NCBI GenBank assembly: GCA_964510165.1
Contig: CAZEBC010000019.1
Span: forward strand, 9,465 to 36,529
DNA: 27,065 bases
Direction of reading: 5' to 3'
From: an uncultured bacterium
Lineage (GTDB): Bacteria; Abyssobacteria; SURF-5
The notes under the pieces are model-generated. The model was not told where the DNA came from, did no database searches, and was given only the letters and a program-made list of their open reading frames with translations. Shown in pieces: positions 1 to 8,243 of the stretch (the stretch's first letter is position 1; every line of letters starts with the position of its first letter). Position numbers and translations under genes: made by a program.

Positions 1-1
1 C

Positions 2-451
2 TTAGAACTGCTTCTTGCTGTCGAGCAAGATGGTGACGGGGCCGTCATTCACGAGCTCGACCTGCATTGACGCCTGGAAGATACCTGCCGCCGTCGGCAG
101 CCCGGATTGCGCGAGAACCTCTATTACCTTCGCGTAGAGCGCCTGGGCCTGCTCGGGCGCGGCGGCGTCAATAAAGGATGGCCGTCTGCCTCTTGTGCAG
201 TCACCGAACAGCGTGAACTGTGACACAACCATGACGGAGCCGCCGACGTCGCGGACCGACAAGTTCATCTTGCCTTCGGAATCTTCGAAGATGCGAAGTG
301 TTCCGATCTTTTCGGCGAGATAACGGGAATCTGCCTCCGAGTCGTCCCGCCCGACGCCGAGGAGCACAAGCAGTCCGTTCCCTATTTCGGCAACCGCGTC
401 CTTCCCCACTCTTACGCCTGCTCTCTTCACTCTCTGAACGACAGCCCGCAT
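2..451 (-). CDS. dtd: D-aminoacyl-tRNA deacylase
   Basis: 149 aa. N-terminal [13 protein letters not shown] motif, GRRPSF, and C-terminal NDGPVT (Gly-cisPro motif), all diagnostic of DTD. Confidence 0.97.
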   Translation of the reverse strand: MRAVVQRVKRAGVRVGKDAVAEIGNGLLVLLGVGRDDSEADSRYLAEKIGTLRIFEDSEGKMNLSVRDVGGSVMVVSQFTLFGDCTRGRRPSFIDAAAPEQAQALYAKVIEVLAQSGLPTAAGIFQASMQVELVNDGPVTILLDSKKQF

Positions 452-464
452 CGGCCTTCTCCGC

Positions 465-3227
465 TCACTTGGTCGTCATGACGTATACGCCGTCCCACTC
501 GGCAGGTGGAGGCACGAGCAAATACTCCTTGCATCGTTTCAGGTAGGTCAGCGACGGACCGTCGTCGGGCCTGACCTCAAGAGCCTGCTGAAAGGCTTCG
601 ATGCCTGCCGTCCATTCCCTGCGCCGGTACGCCTCGAGGCCACGCGAGAACCGCTCGACGACGGCCTTCACGTCATCCGGCAGGCCGTCGTTGGCGCGGC
701 CGAGCACCTCGTAAATCTTGACGGGCGCGGCCTTGCCCTTGACGCGGATGAGGTCGATCTCGCGGGTCACAATATCGAACTTGCAGAGTTCAAGCGTGAA
801 CTCGCTGATCATGATGCTGGTCGAATATTGCTTGTTGACGCCCTCGAGCCTCGAGGCCAGGTTAACGGCATCACCCATGACGGTGTAGTTAAACCTCGTC
901 CGCGACCCCATGTTTCCGACCACCATCGAGCCGGAGTTCATTCCAATTCTCGCGTGAAGCTCGGGGCGGCCCTCAGCCTTCCATTTCTCGCGCATCTGCT
1001 TCAGGACATCCTGCATCTCAAGCGCCACGTAACAGGCGCGCGTAGCATGGTCAGGGAAATGGATCGGCGCGCCGAAAACGGCCATCACCGCGTCGCCCTC
1101 ATACTTGTCGAGCGTGCCGTCATACTTGAGCACGATGTCGGTCATGGCGGTGAGATACTCATTGAGCAATTCGACGAGCTGAGGCGGCCGGAGCTGTTCA
1201 GAAATGGTGGTGAACCCTGCGACATCGGAGAACAGCGCCGTGAGGACCATCTCCTTGCCGCCGAGTTCGAGCATTTCTGGATTCTTCGCTATTTGTTCGA
1301 CTACCGACGGGTTCAGGTAGAATTCGAACGCGCGCTTGATGAATTTCCTCCTCTTCTCGGCCGCGTTAAACTTGTGCCACACAATGACCACGTCGGCCAC
1401 CACAATCGTCGTCGCGGGACCGACCACATCGATCCAGATGCGGAAGTTGGCAAAAAGCTGGTAGGCAAACAGGAGATAGGCAATCAGAAAGAGCAACGTG
1501 AACAACGAGCCGCGAACCGTGGACCGTGTCGAAAGGATGTAACCGGTAAAAAGCCCGACGGCCAAGAGGAGCGGCAATGTCCAAACTTTGTCAACGGGCC
1601 TGATCGGCTGGTCGGTCACTATGGTATTGAACACGTTCGCGATGGAACCCACCATCGGATAGCGCGGACTGAACGGCATGGGATTCAGGTCGTGGGTGCC
1701 CGCCGCCGTCAATCCGTAGAAGAAAACACCCCCCTTAAGTTTCTCGAATTCGAGCGGATTCCCTTCAACGATTACTTCCGGCAGGAAATAGAGCGGCCGG
1801 TCGGCGGGACCAGGCCCGCCCTGTGCGAGGAGCCGGCTTATTGTCGAATGGGCGTTTTCCACGTTCGGGAGAGGAACGTCCAAACGCTCGGCGGCCTGCG
1901 ACGGAGTAATCGACCGGTCTTCGCGCAAGAGCTCCAGCAAGGCCACGTTCAGTCTGACGCTTTCAAAGACCTCCCGCTGCGTCTCATACCAACCAGGCGC
2001 CTCATCCGCGGACGCATCGAAAAGACGCTCAAAGATATGAGGCTCCAGCGTCTTGATACCCTCTTGCTCGATCAGCGTTTCATACCAATAGGCGCCGTAC
2101 AAGTACCCTGTATAGACGAGGATATCATCAACTTCGGGAAACGCATCATAGACTTTATTCACCATTTCGGACAAATCCTGCAATACGGACGGCGGCTGGC
2201 GGGAAAGAAATTCCTTGATCGCCTCGAACGTATGCTTTTCCGATATATCGATGAGTGAGGAGTACGGATAATGATGGAAGGTCTCCTTATAATCGCCAGA
2301 CCAGTTGATGATCATCTCGCCCCGCTCATTGATGGGGATCCGCAGGTTCACTTTCCGTTGATCGGGCATGAGCGCATTCGGGATTTCGAGGTATTCGCCG
2401 GGCCTCACAATCACATTCTTTATGGGAACCTGCAGGTAATCGCATGCCATCGCGAGCCCGAGCGAAGGCACGAGGTACGTGACCCTCTCTTGGGACTCCG
2501 GGGGGTAGTCGATCCGTATGAAAGTCGGATACTTGCGGACAAGCCCGTCGGCCTCGCGAACTATTTGCGCAAAGCCGACTCCTCGCGCCGCATCGAGCAG
2601 AGTGGGAATCGGGATGGCTCCGGGCGCAACTGCGCGGAGAATGGGATCGACGGCTGCTCCGTCCGCCTCGATGCAATATCCTTTCTCCACCATATATCCG
2701 AAACGCTGCCAAGCGGCGGAATCAGTTTCAACGTCCTCGGAAAGAGGGAGCTTCGGTCTCTCCTCCAAAGTGAAGGTGGCGCCCAAAAAAACGTTATGGT
2801 TTCTGCGAGCGGCCTCGGCCAGTTCTTCATCGTAGTCGCGGAAGGCCGTCCATACATCATCCAAACTCTTGCTGTTTTGGATGTCCAGAGGAGTGAGACT
2901 CTTCTCGCTCTCCTCGGAAAAATACATATCGAAGCCAATCATGCCGCCCCGTGCCTGGTTGATAATCTCGATGACCCTGGCGTGTTTGTCCCGGGTCCAG
3001 GGCCATCTCCCTTCTTCGGTGAGCGCATGGTTATCAATATCTATGGTGGCGATATCGGGGTTGGTCAGAATGCGCGGCCTGACAATGAACCGCGCGTCGA
3101 GCGAGAGGAGCTCGAGGCGCTGATAAGGCGGCGTAAAGGAAAGAAAAAAGACGGCCAGACTTATGACTAGAGCCAGGCCCAGTTCGACCAGTTGATGCCG
3201 TCTTTCTTCCGATGTGCCGGCAGCCAT
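465..3227 (-). CDS. Membrane-bound class III adenylate cyclase with CHASE2 sensor domain (N-terminal TM, CHASE2 with large insertion, 3 TM, cyclase domain, TPR-like tail)
   Basis: CHASE2 motifs IDID...[21 protein letters not shown] and YGLTAAG.HDLNP, then three hydrophobic helices. Cyclase motifs [23 protein letters not shown] and [17 protein letters not shown]-terminal WDGVY tail. Confidence 0.93.
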   Translation of the reverse strand: MAAGTSEERRHQLVELGLALVISLAVFFLSFTPPYQRLELLSLDARFIVRPRILTNPDIATIDIDNHALTEEGRWPWTRDKHARVIEIINQARGGMIGFDMYFSEESEKSLTPLDIQNSKSLDDVWTAFRDYDEELAEAARRNHNVFLGATFTLEERPKLPLSEDVETDSAAWQRFGYMVEKGYCIEADGAAVDPILRAVAPGAIPIPTLLDAARGVGFAQIVREADGLVRKYPTFIRIDYPPESQERVTYLVPSLGLAMACDYLQVPIKNVIVRPGEYLEIPNALMPDQRKVNLRIPINERGEMIINWSGDYKETFHHYPYSSLIDISEKHTFEAIKEFLSRQPPSVLQDLSEMVNKVYDAFPEVDDILVYTGYLYGAYWYETLIEQEGIKTLEPHIFERLFDASADEAPGWYETQREVFESVRLNVALLELLREDRSITPSQAAERLDVPLPNVENAHSTISRLLAQGGPGPADRPLYFLPEVIVEGNPLEFEKLKGGVFFYGLTAAGTHDLNPMPFSPRYPMVGSIANVFNTIVTDQPIRPVDKVWTLPLLLAVGLFTGYILSTRSTVRGSLFTLLFLIAYLLFAYQLFANFRIWIDVVGPATTIVVADVVIVWHKFNAAEKRRKFIKRAFEFYLNPSVVEQIAKNPEMLELGGKEMVLTALFSDVAGFTTISEQLRPPQLVELLNEYLTAMTDIVLKYDGTLDKYEGDAVMAVFGAPIHFPDHATRACYVALEMQDVLKQMREKWKAEGRPELHARIGMNSGSMVVGNMGSRTRFNYTVMGDAVNLASRLEGVNKQYSTSIMISEFTLELCKFDIVTREIDLIRVKGKAAPVKIYEVLGRANDGLPDDVKAVVERFSRGLEAYRRREWTAGIEAFQQALEVRPDDGPSLTYLKRCKEYLLVPPPAEWDGVYVMTTK

Positions 3228-3256
3228 ATGCGCTCTTTGAGGTTATCCTGTAACTT

Positions 3257-3278
3257 GTGGGTGCGAATTTATTCGCAC
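3257..3278 (+). repeat. REP-like palindrome (GTGG foot plus hairpin), RAYT-type architecture
   Basis: GTGG (3257-3260) followed by the perfect inverted repeat GTGCGAAT-TT-ATTCGCAC (3261-3278), matching the GTRG-plus-hairpin layout of REPs. Confidence 0.65.
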
Positions 3279-3285
3279 AATTTCC

Positions 3286-3362
3286 CCTCACCCCTACCCT
3301 CTCCCTCAGGGAGAGGGCGCATTCATGTCAACCCTCTCCCTCAGGGGGAGGGCAGGGTGAGG
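3286..3362. repeat. Inverted doublet of CCCTCTCCC-N3-GGGAGAGGG palindromic repeats (REPIN-like)
   Basis: Unit 1 is CCTCACCCCTACCCTCTCCCTCAGGGAGAGGG (3286-3317). Unit 2 is an inverted imperfect copy, CCCTCTCCCTCAGGGGGAGGGCAGGGTGAGG (3332-3362). They are separated by 14 nt. Confidence 0.8.
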
Positions 3363-3382
3363 CCTTCGGTTGGTCGCTTCCG

Positions 3383-3412
3383 ATTATAATTCGAAACGGC
3401 TGAATTCGTCCA
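3383..3412 (-). promoter_or_regulatory. Putative sigma70 promoter for the cyclase-dtd unit
   Basis: Minus strand TGGACG-N18-TATAAT, immediately downstream of the lipoprotein terminator. Confidence 0.45.
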
Positions 3413-3413
3413 C

Positions 3414-3443
3414 AAAAAAAGCGGGAAGGACATCCTTCCCGCT
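3414..3443 (-). terminator. Rho-independent terminator of the lipoprotein gene
   Basis: Minus strand GCGGGAAGG-ATGT-CCTTCCCGC stem followed by T7, about 25 nt after the stop codon at 3468. Confidence 0.9.
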
Positions 3444-3467
3444 CTTACCCAGTCTCGGCAGGCGGAA

Positions 3468-3959
3468 TTATGGGAACACCGACTGAAGCCTGTTCGATAC
3501 TTCTTGATTCGAAAGCTGTGAAACGTCTTCGATCACGGGTTTCTCCGCAGCGGAGCGATCTGAAAGCTCTCTCGAGACCGCCGCCGCCTCGCGGGCATCG
3601 TTGCGGTAACGCGCTTCGAGCGTGTACATACGGACCTGCAGGTACGGGTCCCTCATGTTCGCGAAGTAGTACTCCCACTCGAACGGCATGAGCTGTTGTC
3701 TGTCATTGTGAATGTTGTAATCAAAGAACGTGAGAATCGGGAATGGGATTTCCGCCCAGCGTTCCGGGAAGTTCCGACGCAGCCACAGCGCGAGTCGCGC
3801 GTCATCATCGCTCCACTCGTGAACACCGGCGGGTCCTTTGTTGGAGTAACCTGTTTCGGGGCCTATCTCTCCCCATGTGAACGAACCGGTCTTTGACGGG
3901 GCATGCACACAACCAGAGAACATAAAAACGACGATAACCATCAGCAGGAGCTTCTTCAT
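3468..3959 (-). CDS. Hypothetical lipoprotein (163 aa)
   Basis: ATG at 3959 preceded by a GAGGGGG RBS. Signal peptide MKKLLLMVIVVFMFSG-C carries a lipobox. The gene has its own promoter and terminator. Confidence 0.8.
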   Translation of the reverse strand: MKKLLLMVIVVFMFSGCVHAPSKTGSFTWGEIGPETGYSNKGPAGVHEWSDDDARLALWLRRNFPERWAEIPFPILTFFDYNIHNDRQQLMPFEWEYYFANMRDPYLQVRMYTLEARYRNDAREAAAVSRELSDRSAAEKPVIEDVSQLSNQEVSNRLQSVFP

Positions 3960-4012
3960 CTTACCCCCTCTTCTACAGGACATGGCATCCACGCGACATT
4001 CGCTTTAGTAAA

Positions 4013-4041
4013 ATTATACTTCCAGCCTGGCGTTTTGTCAA
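4013..4041 (-). promoter_or_regulatory. Perfect-consensus sigma70 promoter for the lipoprotein gene
   Basis: Minus strand TTGACA (4041-4036), N17, TATAAT (4018-4013). Confidence 0.9.
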
Positions 4042-4088
4042 ACAATTCTTGTGTCGCAAGGCGTTGCGTGCTCGGCATACTCTCGCCT

Positions 4089-4823
4089 TCAGAGGCATTT
4101 GATCAGCGTAATCACAATCCTGGCAAGGACATCGAGGCTCCGGCTGAACTTTCGTTTAAGCCGGACGGCCTCCAGGGCCAGGACGGGACGCCGAACGAGA
4201 AGGACGAAAACCTTAGCCGTCGCAAGGCCCCCGTCGGGGTTCATCAAAAGCCCGATTTCTAGCGGAATCCTGTCGGCCAGCCCATCCGAGATCGTGCGAA
4301 TCGAGAGCATTGGGATGCCCAGGCCCTGTGCCCATGCGGCCACCTGCGCAGTCTCCATATCCACGCACAGCGCCCCATGTTTGACTCCGAGCGCCCTCTT
4401 TTCTTCACCCGATCCGATCACCTTGTCGGCAGACACGGTGGTTCCGGAGCGGTACGGAAGCTTGAGTTTTTCGCAGCAGCCACTCGCCGCGGCCAGAAGT
4501 GCCCCGGCGGGCTGATATCGGCGTTCTCCGTCGCTGTCATCTATTATCAACCGGGAAATAATGATGTCACCGGGTCGGACATCGGGACTGAGGCCGCCGG
4601 CGCAGCCAATTGAGAGAACGCACTGCGGATAAGGTTCCCCCAGTTCCGCCAGGCGGCGATTGGCCTTGACGGGTCCGACACCCGTTCGGAGGAGCACAAC
4701 GGTCTTGGAGCCGATGGACCCAGTGACGTGCCTGTCCTTCGCCGAGCTTGGGGGAATCATGGCCTTCCTGAGGAACGCTATCTCGGCCTCCATGGCGGCG
4801 ACCACAGCTATTTTCTGGAACAT
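4089..4823 (-). CDS. Nucleoside phosphorylase, MTA/SAH-nucleosidase family (HpnG-like)
   Basis: Motifs VAAMEAE, TGVG, SIGCAGGL, VDMET and IRTISD. The C-terminal DG...LVRRP...L.R helix resembles hopanoid-associated phosphorylases. Confidence 0.8.
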   Translation of the reverse strand: MFQKIAVVAAMEAEIAFLRKAMIPPSSAKDRHVTGSIGSKTVVLLRTGVGPVKANRRLAELGEPYPQCVLSIGCAGGLSPDVRPGDIIISRLIIDDSDGERRYQPAGALLAAASGCCEKLKLPYRSGTTVSADKVIGSGEEKRALGVKHGALCVDMETAQVAAWAQGLGIPMLSIRTISDGLADRIPLEIGLLMNPDGGLATAKVFVLLVRRPVLALEAVRLKRKFSRSLDVLARIVITLIKCL

Positions 4824-4852
4824 GGCAAACTCGCGGAACGAACGGTCACAGT

Positions 4853-4881
4853 TTGACTCACCTGCGGGATAATGATACCAT
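4853..4881 (+). promoter_or_regulatory. Putative sigma70 promoter for the zinc-ribbon gene
   Basis: TTGACT-N17-TACCAT with a TGn extended -10. GGAGGAG RBS before the ATG at 4921. Confidence 0.6.
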
Positions 4882-4920
4882 CAAGAACGTCCTGCCTGAA
4901 CGCAGGATGGAGGAGATTCG

Positions 4921-5241
4921 ATGAGGTGTTCGAAATGCCGCACCAGGCTGGTTGCGGGCGCCCGGTTCTGCCATCAGTGTGGAACCGAGCTGCCACCGGA
5001 AATCGCCGATAGAGTTTCGCCCTGGTACTATGAACCTGTTTTCGTGTTGCTCCTGATTTTCCTTGTGTTCGGGGTGTTCGGCTTGCCCTTGCTCTGGAAA
5101 AGCCCACGGTTCTCTTCCGGCCAAAAGATGGGTGTCACGCTCGTGACAGTACTATATACGGGAGCGATCCTCTGGGCTTTCTATTACCTGGTGTTCGTAC
5201 TCCTCATCCCCTATTACCGGGACGCGCTTGGCCTTTTCTAG
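4921..5241 (+). CDS. Zinc-ribbon domain membrane protein
   Basis: N-terminal CSKC...ARFCHQCG zinc ribbon followed by two hydrophobic segments. Strong RBS. Confidence 0.85.
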   Translation: MRCSKCRTRLVAGARFCHQCGTELPPEIADRVSPWYYEPVFVLLLIFLVFGVFGLPLLWKSPRFSSGQKMGVTLVTVLYTGAILWAFYYLVFVLLIPYYRDALGLF

Positions 5242-5274
5242 ACCGAACCGACTCCCTGAAGCGACCGACTCGAA

Positions 5275-6345
5275 TCATCCTTTCTTCGCGGCTTTTTGCT
5301 CTTCGAGCGCGGAGATCCTCTGCTTCACTTCTTCGAGCCTGGAGGACGCGGGGTTAATCTCCAGATACTTCTTGTAGTACTCCAGCGCCTGGTCGATATT
5401 CCCCAGGAACTCCTCGGCGACAGCCAGATTGTAACAGGCGGTTTCCGATTGCGGGTCGAGTTCGACAACCCTGCGAAACTCTTCGGCGGCCTCTTTGAAG
5501 CGCTCCTTTTCAAGCAGGGCCTTGCCCAAGGAATTGCGCACCGCAGTGCTCTCGGGCGCCAAATCGGCGGCTCTTTGCCATGTAACAATGGCTTCGTCCA
5601 CATTTCCGCTCTTGTATTGGACGACGCCAAGCTTGTACCTCGCATCCGCATCTTCGGGATTGTCTTGCACATCCGCCTGACGCCTCGCCAGCTCGTCTCG
5701 GAGCGCTCTGATTTCGGCAATACGGTCACGGGCGCCGGTTATGTCCTCGGGCGCAAACGCATACAGCGTGATTTTCTCGAAATCCTTCTCGGCGGAATCC
5801 GCGTCACCGACCCGGAGATAGTAGTTGGCGCGGTCCGCATATACCTGGAGGGCTCCGAGCGATTTGGGGTCGAGTTGTTCCTCCTTGTCCCACGCGGCCA
5901 GCCCTTCGGCGGGCTTTGCGTCCGCATATTCTGAGTTCAGATGAATCCAGCCGATCACGTAGTGCGCATACTCGATGCTGGGACTGAGTTCAATCGCCTT
6001 CTGCAGTTCTTTGAGGGCCGCATCATACTCCTTGGTCTGGGTGTACGAATATCCAAGCGCGAAATGATAGCCGGGAGTGGTCGGTTGCGCCTGGACAAGT
6101 TCCTGATACTTGCGCACGTACTTATCGAGTTGGCCCTTTTCGAGAGCCGCCCTCACCAGAAATCTGTGCGCCTGGGTATCGTTGGGATTCTTCGACGTCA
6201 TCTTCTCGGCAAGGGTAATGACCTCGTCGTGCTTTCCCTCGACCGTGAGCCTGATGAGTTCAAGAATGGGCGGCTGTTTTTCGGCGCAGCCGGCAATGAG
6301 CGCAACGGCGACAACCAACAGAGTCCATCGTATGACACCCTTCAT
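5275..6345 (-). CDS. TPR-repeat lipoprotein (356 aa)
   Basis: Lipobox LIAG-C. Many TPRs (YHFALGYSY..., ARYKLGVVQ..., VRNSLGKAL..., ACYNLAVAE...). GGAGG RBS. Confidence 0.9.
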   Translation of the reverse strand: MKGVIRWTLLVVAVALIAGCAEKQPPILELIRLTVEGKHDEVITLAEKMTSKNPNDTQAHRFLVRAALEKGQLDKYVRKYQELVQAQPTTPGYHFALGYSYTQTKEYDAALKELQKAIELSPSIEYAHYVIGWIHLNSEYADAKPAEGLAAWDKEEQLDPKSLGALQVYADRANYYLRVGDADSAEKDFEKITLYAFAPEDITGARDRIAEIRALRDELARRQADVQDNPEDADARYKLGVVQYKSGNVDEAIVTWQRAADLAPESTAVRNSLGKALLEKERFKEAAEEFRRVVELDPQSETACYNLAVAEEFLGNIDQALEYYKKYLEINPASSRLEEVKQRISALEEQKAAKKG

Positions 6346-6360
6346 CGTTTGCTTCCTCCC

Positions 6361-6717
6361 TTATGGGACGGTCCGTTTGTGTTCCGTCCGTTCTTTCTGC
6401 TCCTCTGCCTCCTTGATGAGACGATCGTATTCCTCAGCGGTGCGCTGGCTGATTTCCTCGGCATACCTGCGCGCCTTGGCCTCTTTGATGAAGCTCTTCA
6501 TGGAGTCGTGAAATTTCTCGTTGACCCTGCACAGGTAGCCATCGGGCAGTGCAGCAATGGACTTTATCTTCTCCTCGCCGGTCCCAAAGCTCTTAGTCCA
6601 GAACTTGAGCATCTTGAAAACCTCGGCCAGGTCTTCGATATCGAAATCCTTCCGGCTGTTTTCCCTGATCTCTCGCCTCAGGATTTGTATCTGCTTCAGA
6701 TTCAGCTTTATTTTCAT
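6361..6717 (-). CDS. Hypothetical charged helical protein (118 aa)
   Basis: Open frame filling the gap between the two TPR genes. Probable ATG at 6717 (MKIKLNL...), which avoids overlap with the upstream gene. Protein-like composition. Confidence 0.65.
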   Translation of the reverse strand: MKIKLNLKQIQILRREIRENSRKDFDIEDLAEVFKMLKFWTKSFGTGEEKIKSIAALPDGYLCRVNEKFHDSMKSFIKEAKARRYAEEISQRTAEEYDRLIKEAEEQKERTEHKRTVP

Positions 6718-6757
6718 CTCAGTCGGGTCTTCTCGTCGAAGACAACCCCGCGCGTGC

Positions 6758-7675
6758 TCACCCGCCGGTGCTGGCCGGCGGGGCCGAAGGAACGGCCGAG
6801 GGTGAGGCCTTGTCTTGAGCATCCTGTCTGGCCTTCTTGGCCGCCTCCGTAAAGTCCTTCCACATCTGATCGACTTCCTTCACGCCGTCTTCGTTCTTCA
6901 TCTTCCTGTACTGCTCTCTCAATCCGACATATGCCTGAAAGTGGCTCTGGTCAATCTGAATGGCCCTCTTAAACTCCTCAACGGCCTTCTCGTCCTGTCC
7001 CGCGGCAGCATACGCAAAACCGAGGTTGTTATGAAGCGCGGGATCGTCAGGGTTCAATTCCAGCGCCTTGAGGAACTGCTCTATGGCCTCCTCGCTCCTT
7101 CCAAGTTGAAGGAGGGTGCTTCCCATTGCAAAATATCCTTTGAAGAAGTATGGGTTTAGTTCGACGGCCTTCTTGAAACTGACCAAAGACTCCTCGTAGA
7201 GTTCCGTCTTGGCTTGCCCAATACCGAGATTGAACCATGCTTCAGCGAATTCGGGCTCGATCTTGACCACTTCAGCCCATGCTCCAGTGGCCTTGTCGTC
7301 CTGGCCCTCTTCAGCATACCTCTTGGCCACCATCTGATATACCATGGATACGTACCGCTTGATGTGGGGGTCATCCATCAGGGGCGCGGCAATTGGCCGA
7401 ACCGACATCATGGTCTCCTCAACCTTGGCCGCCGTGATCTCCTGCGGCGGCTGCTCGGTCAACTGCTGGGTGTACGCCTCGATGAGGCCGTACCGCGCAG
7501 ACATGTTCTCGGGCTCTCGTTCCACAACCTTCTTATAAAAACCTATCGCGCCCTGATAGTCGCGCTGTTCGTGAAGCCGCCTCGCTTTCTTCAGATCAGC
7601 GTCCCCGCATCCCGCAAGCACGACCACATAGAATGCCAGGAACACAATCAGGATTTGGCGTGACCTTCTCACCAT
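6758..7675 (-). CDS. TPR-repeat lipoprotein (305 aa)
   Basis: Lipobox VLAG-C. Tandem TPRs (AWFNLGIGQ, GYFAMGSTL, LHNNLGFAY, AYVGL). AAGGAGG RBS. Pro/Ala/Ser-rich tail. Confidence 0.9.
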   Translation of the reverse strand: MVRRSRQILIVFLAFYVVVLAGCGDADLKKARRLHEQRDYQGAIGFYKKVVEREPENMSARYGLIEAYTQQLTEQPPQEITAAKVEETMMSVRPIAAPLMDDPHIKRYVSMVYQMVAKRYAEEGQDDKATGAWAEVVKIEPEFAEAWFNLGIGQAKTELYEESLVSFKKAVELNPYFFKGYFAMGSTLLQLGRSEEAIEQFLKALELNPDDPALHNNLGFAYAAAGQDEKAVEEFKRAIQIDQSHFQAYVGLREQYRKMKNEDGVKEVDQMWKDFTEAAKKARQDAQDKASPSAVPSAPPASTGG

Positions 7676-7752
7676 GCTTTCCCTCCTTCATTTCTCCACT
7701 CTGAAAACCACCCCTGTCGAAACGCCCATCCGGCCCCCTGATTGGCTTGAGT

Positions 7753-8091
7753 TTACGGACGCCCCAATGAATACTCGATGATTCTGCGTATGAACTGCTC
7801 ACCCCCCAATAGCTTGAAGATGACCGAATTGACGGCAGCCAGCAGGAAGACGCTTACCATTACGGTGACAAAATACACCTGATATGGCGCCCACTCGCGT
7901 CGCTCGATGATCAGCCCCAGGGTCGCTGCCGCCAAAGCTCCGACACATATGCCTACGAGAAAAAACTGATACGGGACGAAGATCGTCTGAAGCACTCGCG
8001 CCATCAGCACGACCGTCAGTATCACGGTCGCCAGGACCGAACTCAGCAAGAGGCAAACAATAAGAAAGAATCGCCTGGAATCTTGTTTCAT
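7753..8091 (-). CDS. Hypothetical membrane protein, about 3 TM (112 aa)
   Basis: Three long hydrophobic stretches after MKQDSRR. ATG at 8091 preferred over the upstream TTG. Confidence 0.7.
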   Translation of the reverse strand: MKQDSRRFFLIVCLLLSSVLATVILTVVLMARVLQTIFVPYQFFLVGICVGALAAATLGLIIERREWAPYQVYFVTVMVSVFLLAAVNSVIFKLLGGEQFIRRIIEYSLGRP

Positions 8092-8192
8092 TGGTATGGA
8101 GTAAAGATGGGTCCCGGATTGGGTTCCCCTGTCCCTTCTCTTAAATCGCGCGCCGAAGCGCACCCCCGACTGCCGCAAAGTCAGGCGCAGCT

Positions 8193-8222
8193 ATTATATC
8201 CATAGGCCAACGCGAAAATCAA
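8193..8222 (-). promoter_or_regulatory. Putative sigma70 promoter for the membrane protein/TPR operon
   Basis: Minus strand TTGATT-N18-TATAAT. Confidence 0.65.
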
Positions 8223-8243
8223 CCCCGACAAGCTGCCAGGGGA

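Noticed and set aside
828-3170. Long plus-strand ORFs of 476 aa and 299 aa
   Set aside because: They are antisense shadows of the cyclase gene, expected in GC-rich coding DNA, and show no recognisable motifs.
3286-3362. Possible mini-CRISPR array
   Set aside because: There are only two units, in inverted orientation with a 14-nt spacer, and no cas genes.
3192-3389. 65-aa ORF containing PSPLPSPSGRG
   Set aside because: It is only the translation of the palindromic repeats and overlaps the cyclase start on the opposite strand.
3445-3678. Alternative-frame ORF ending exactly at the terminator, suggesting a frameshifted lipoprotein C-terminus
   Set aside because: The main frame is uninterrupted and stops normally at 3468, and I saw no slippery site.
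5296-6852. Plus-strand ORFs of 212 aa and 303 aa
   Set aside because: They are antisense to the well-supported TPR genes.
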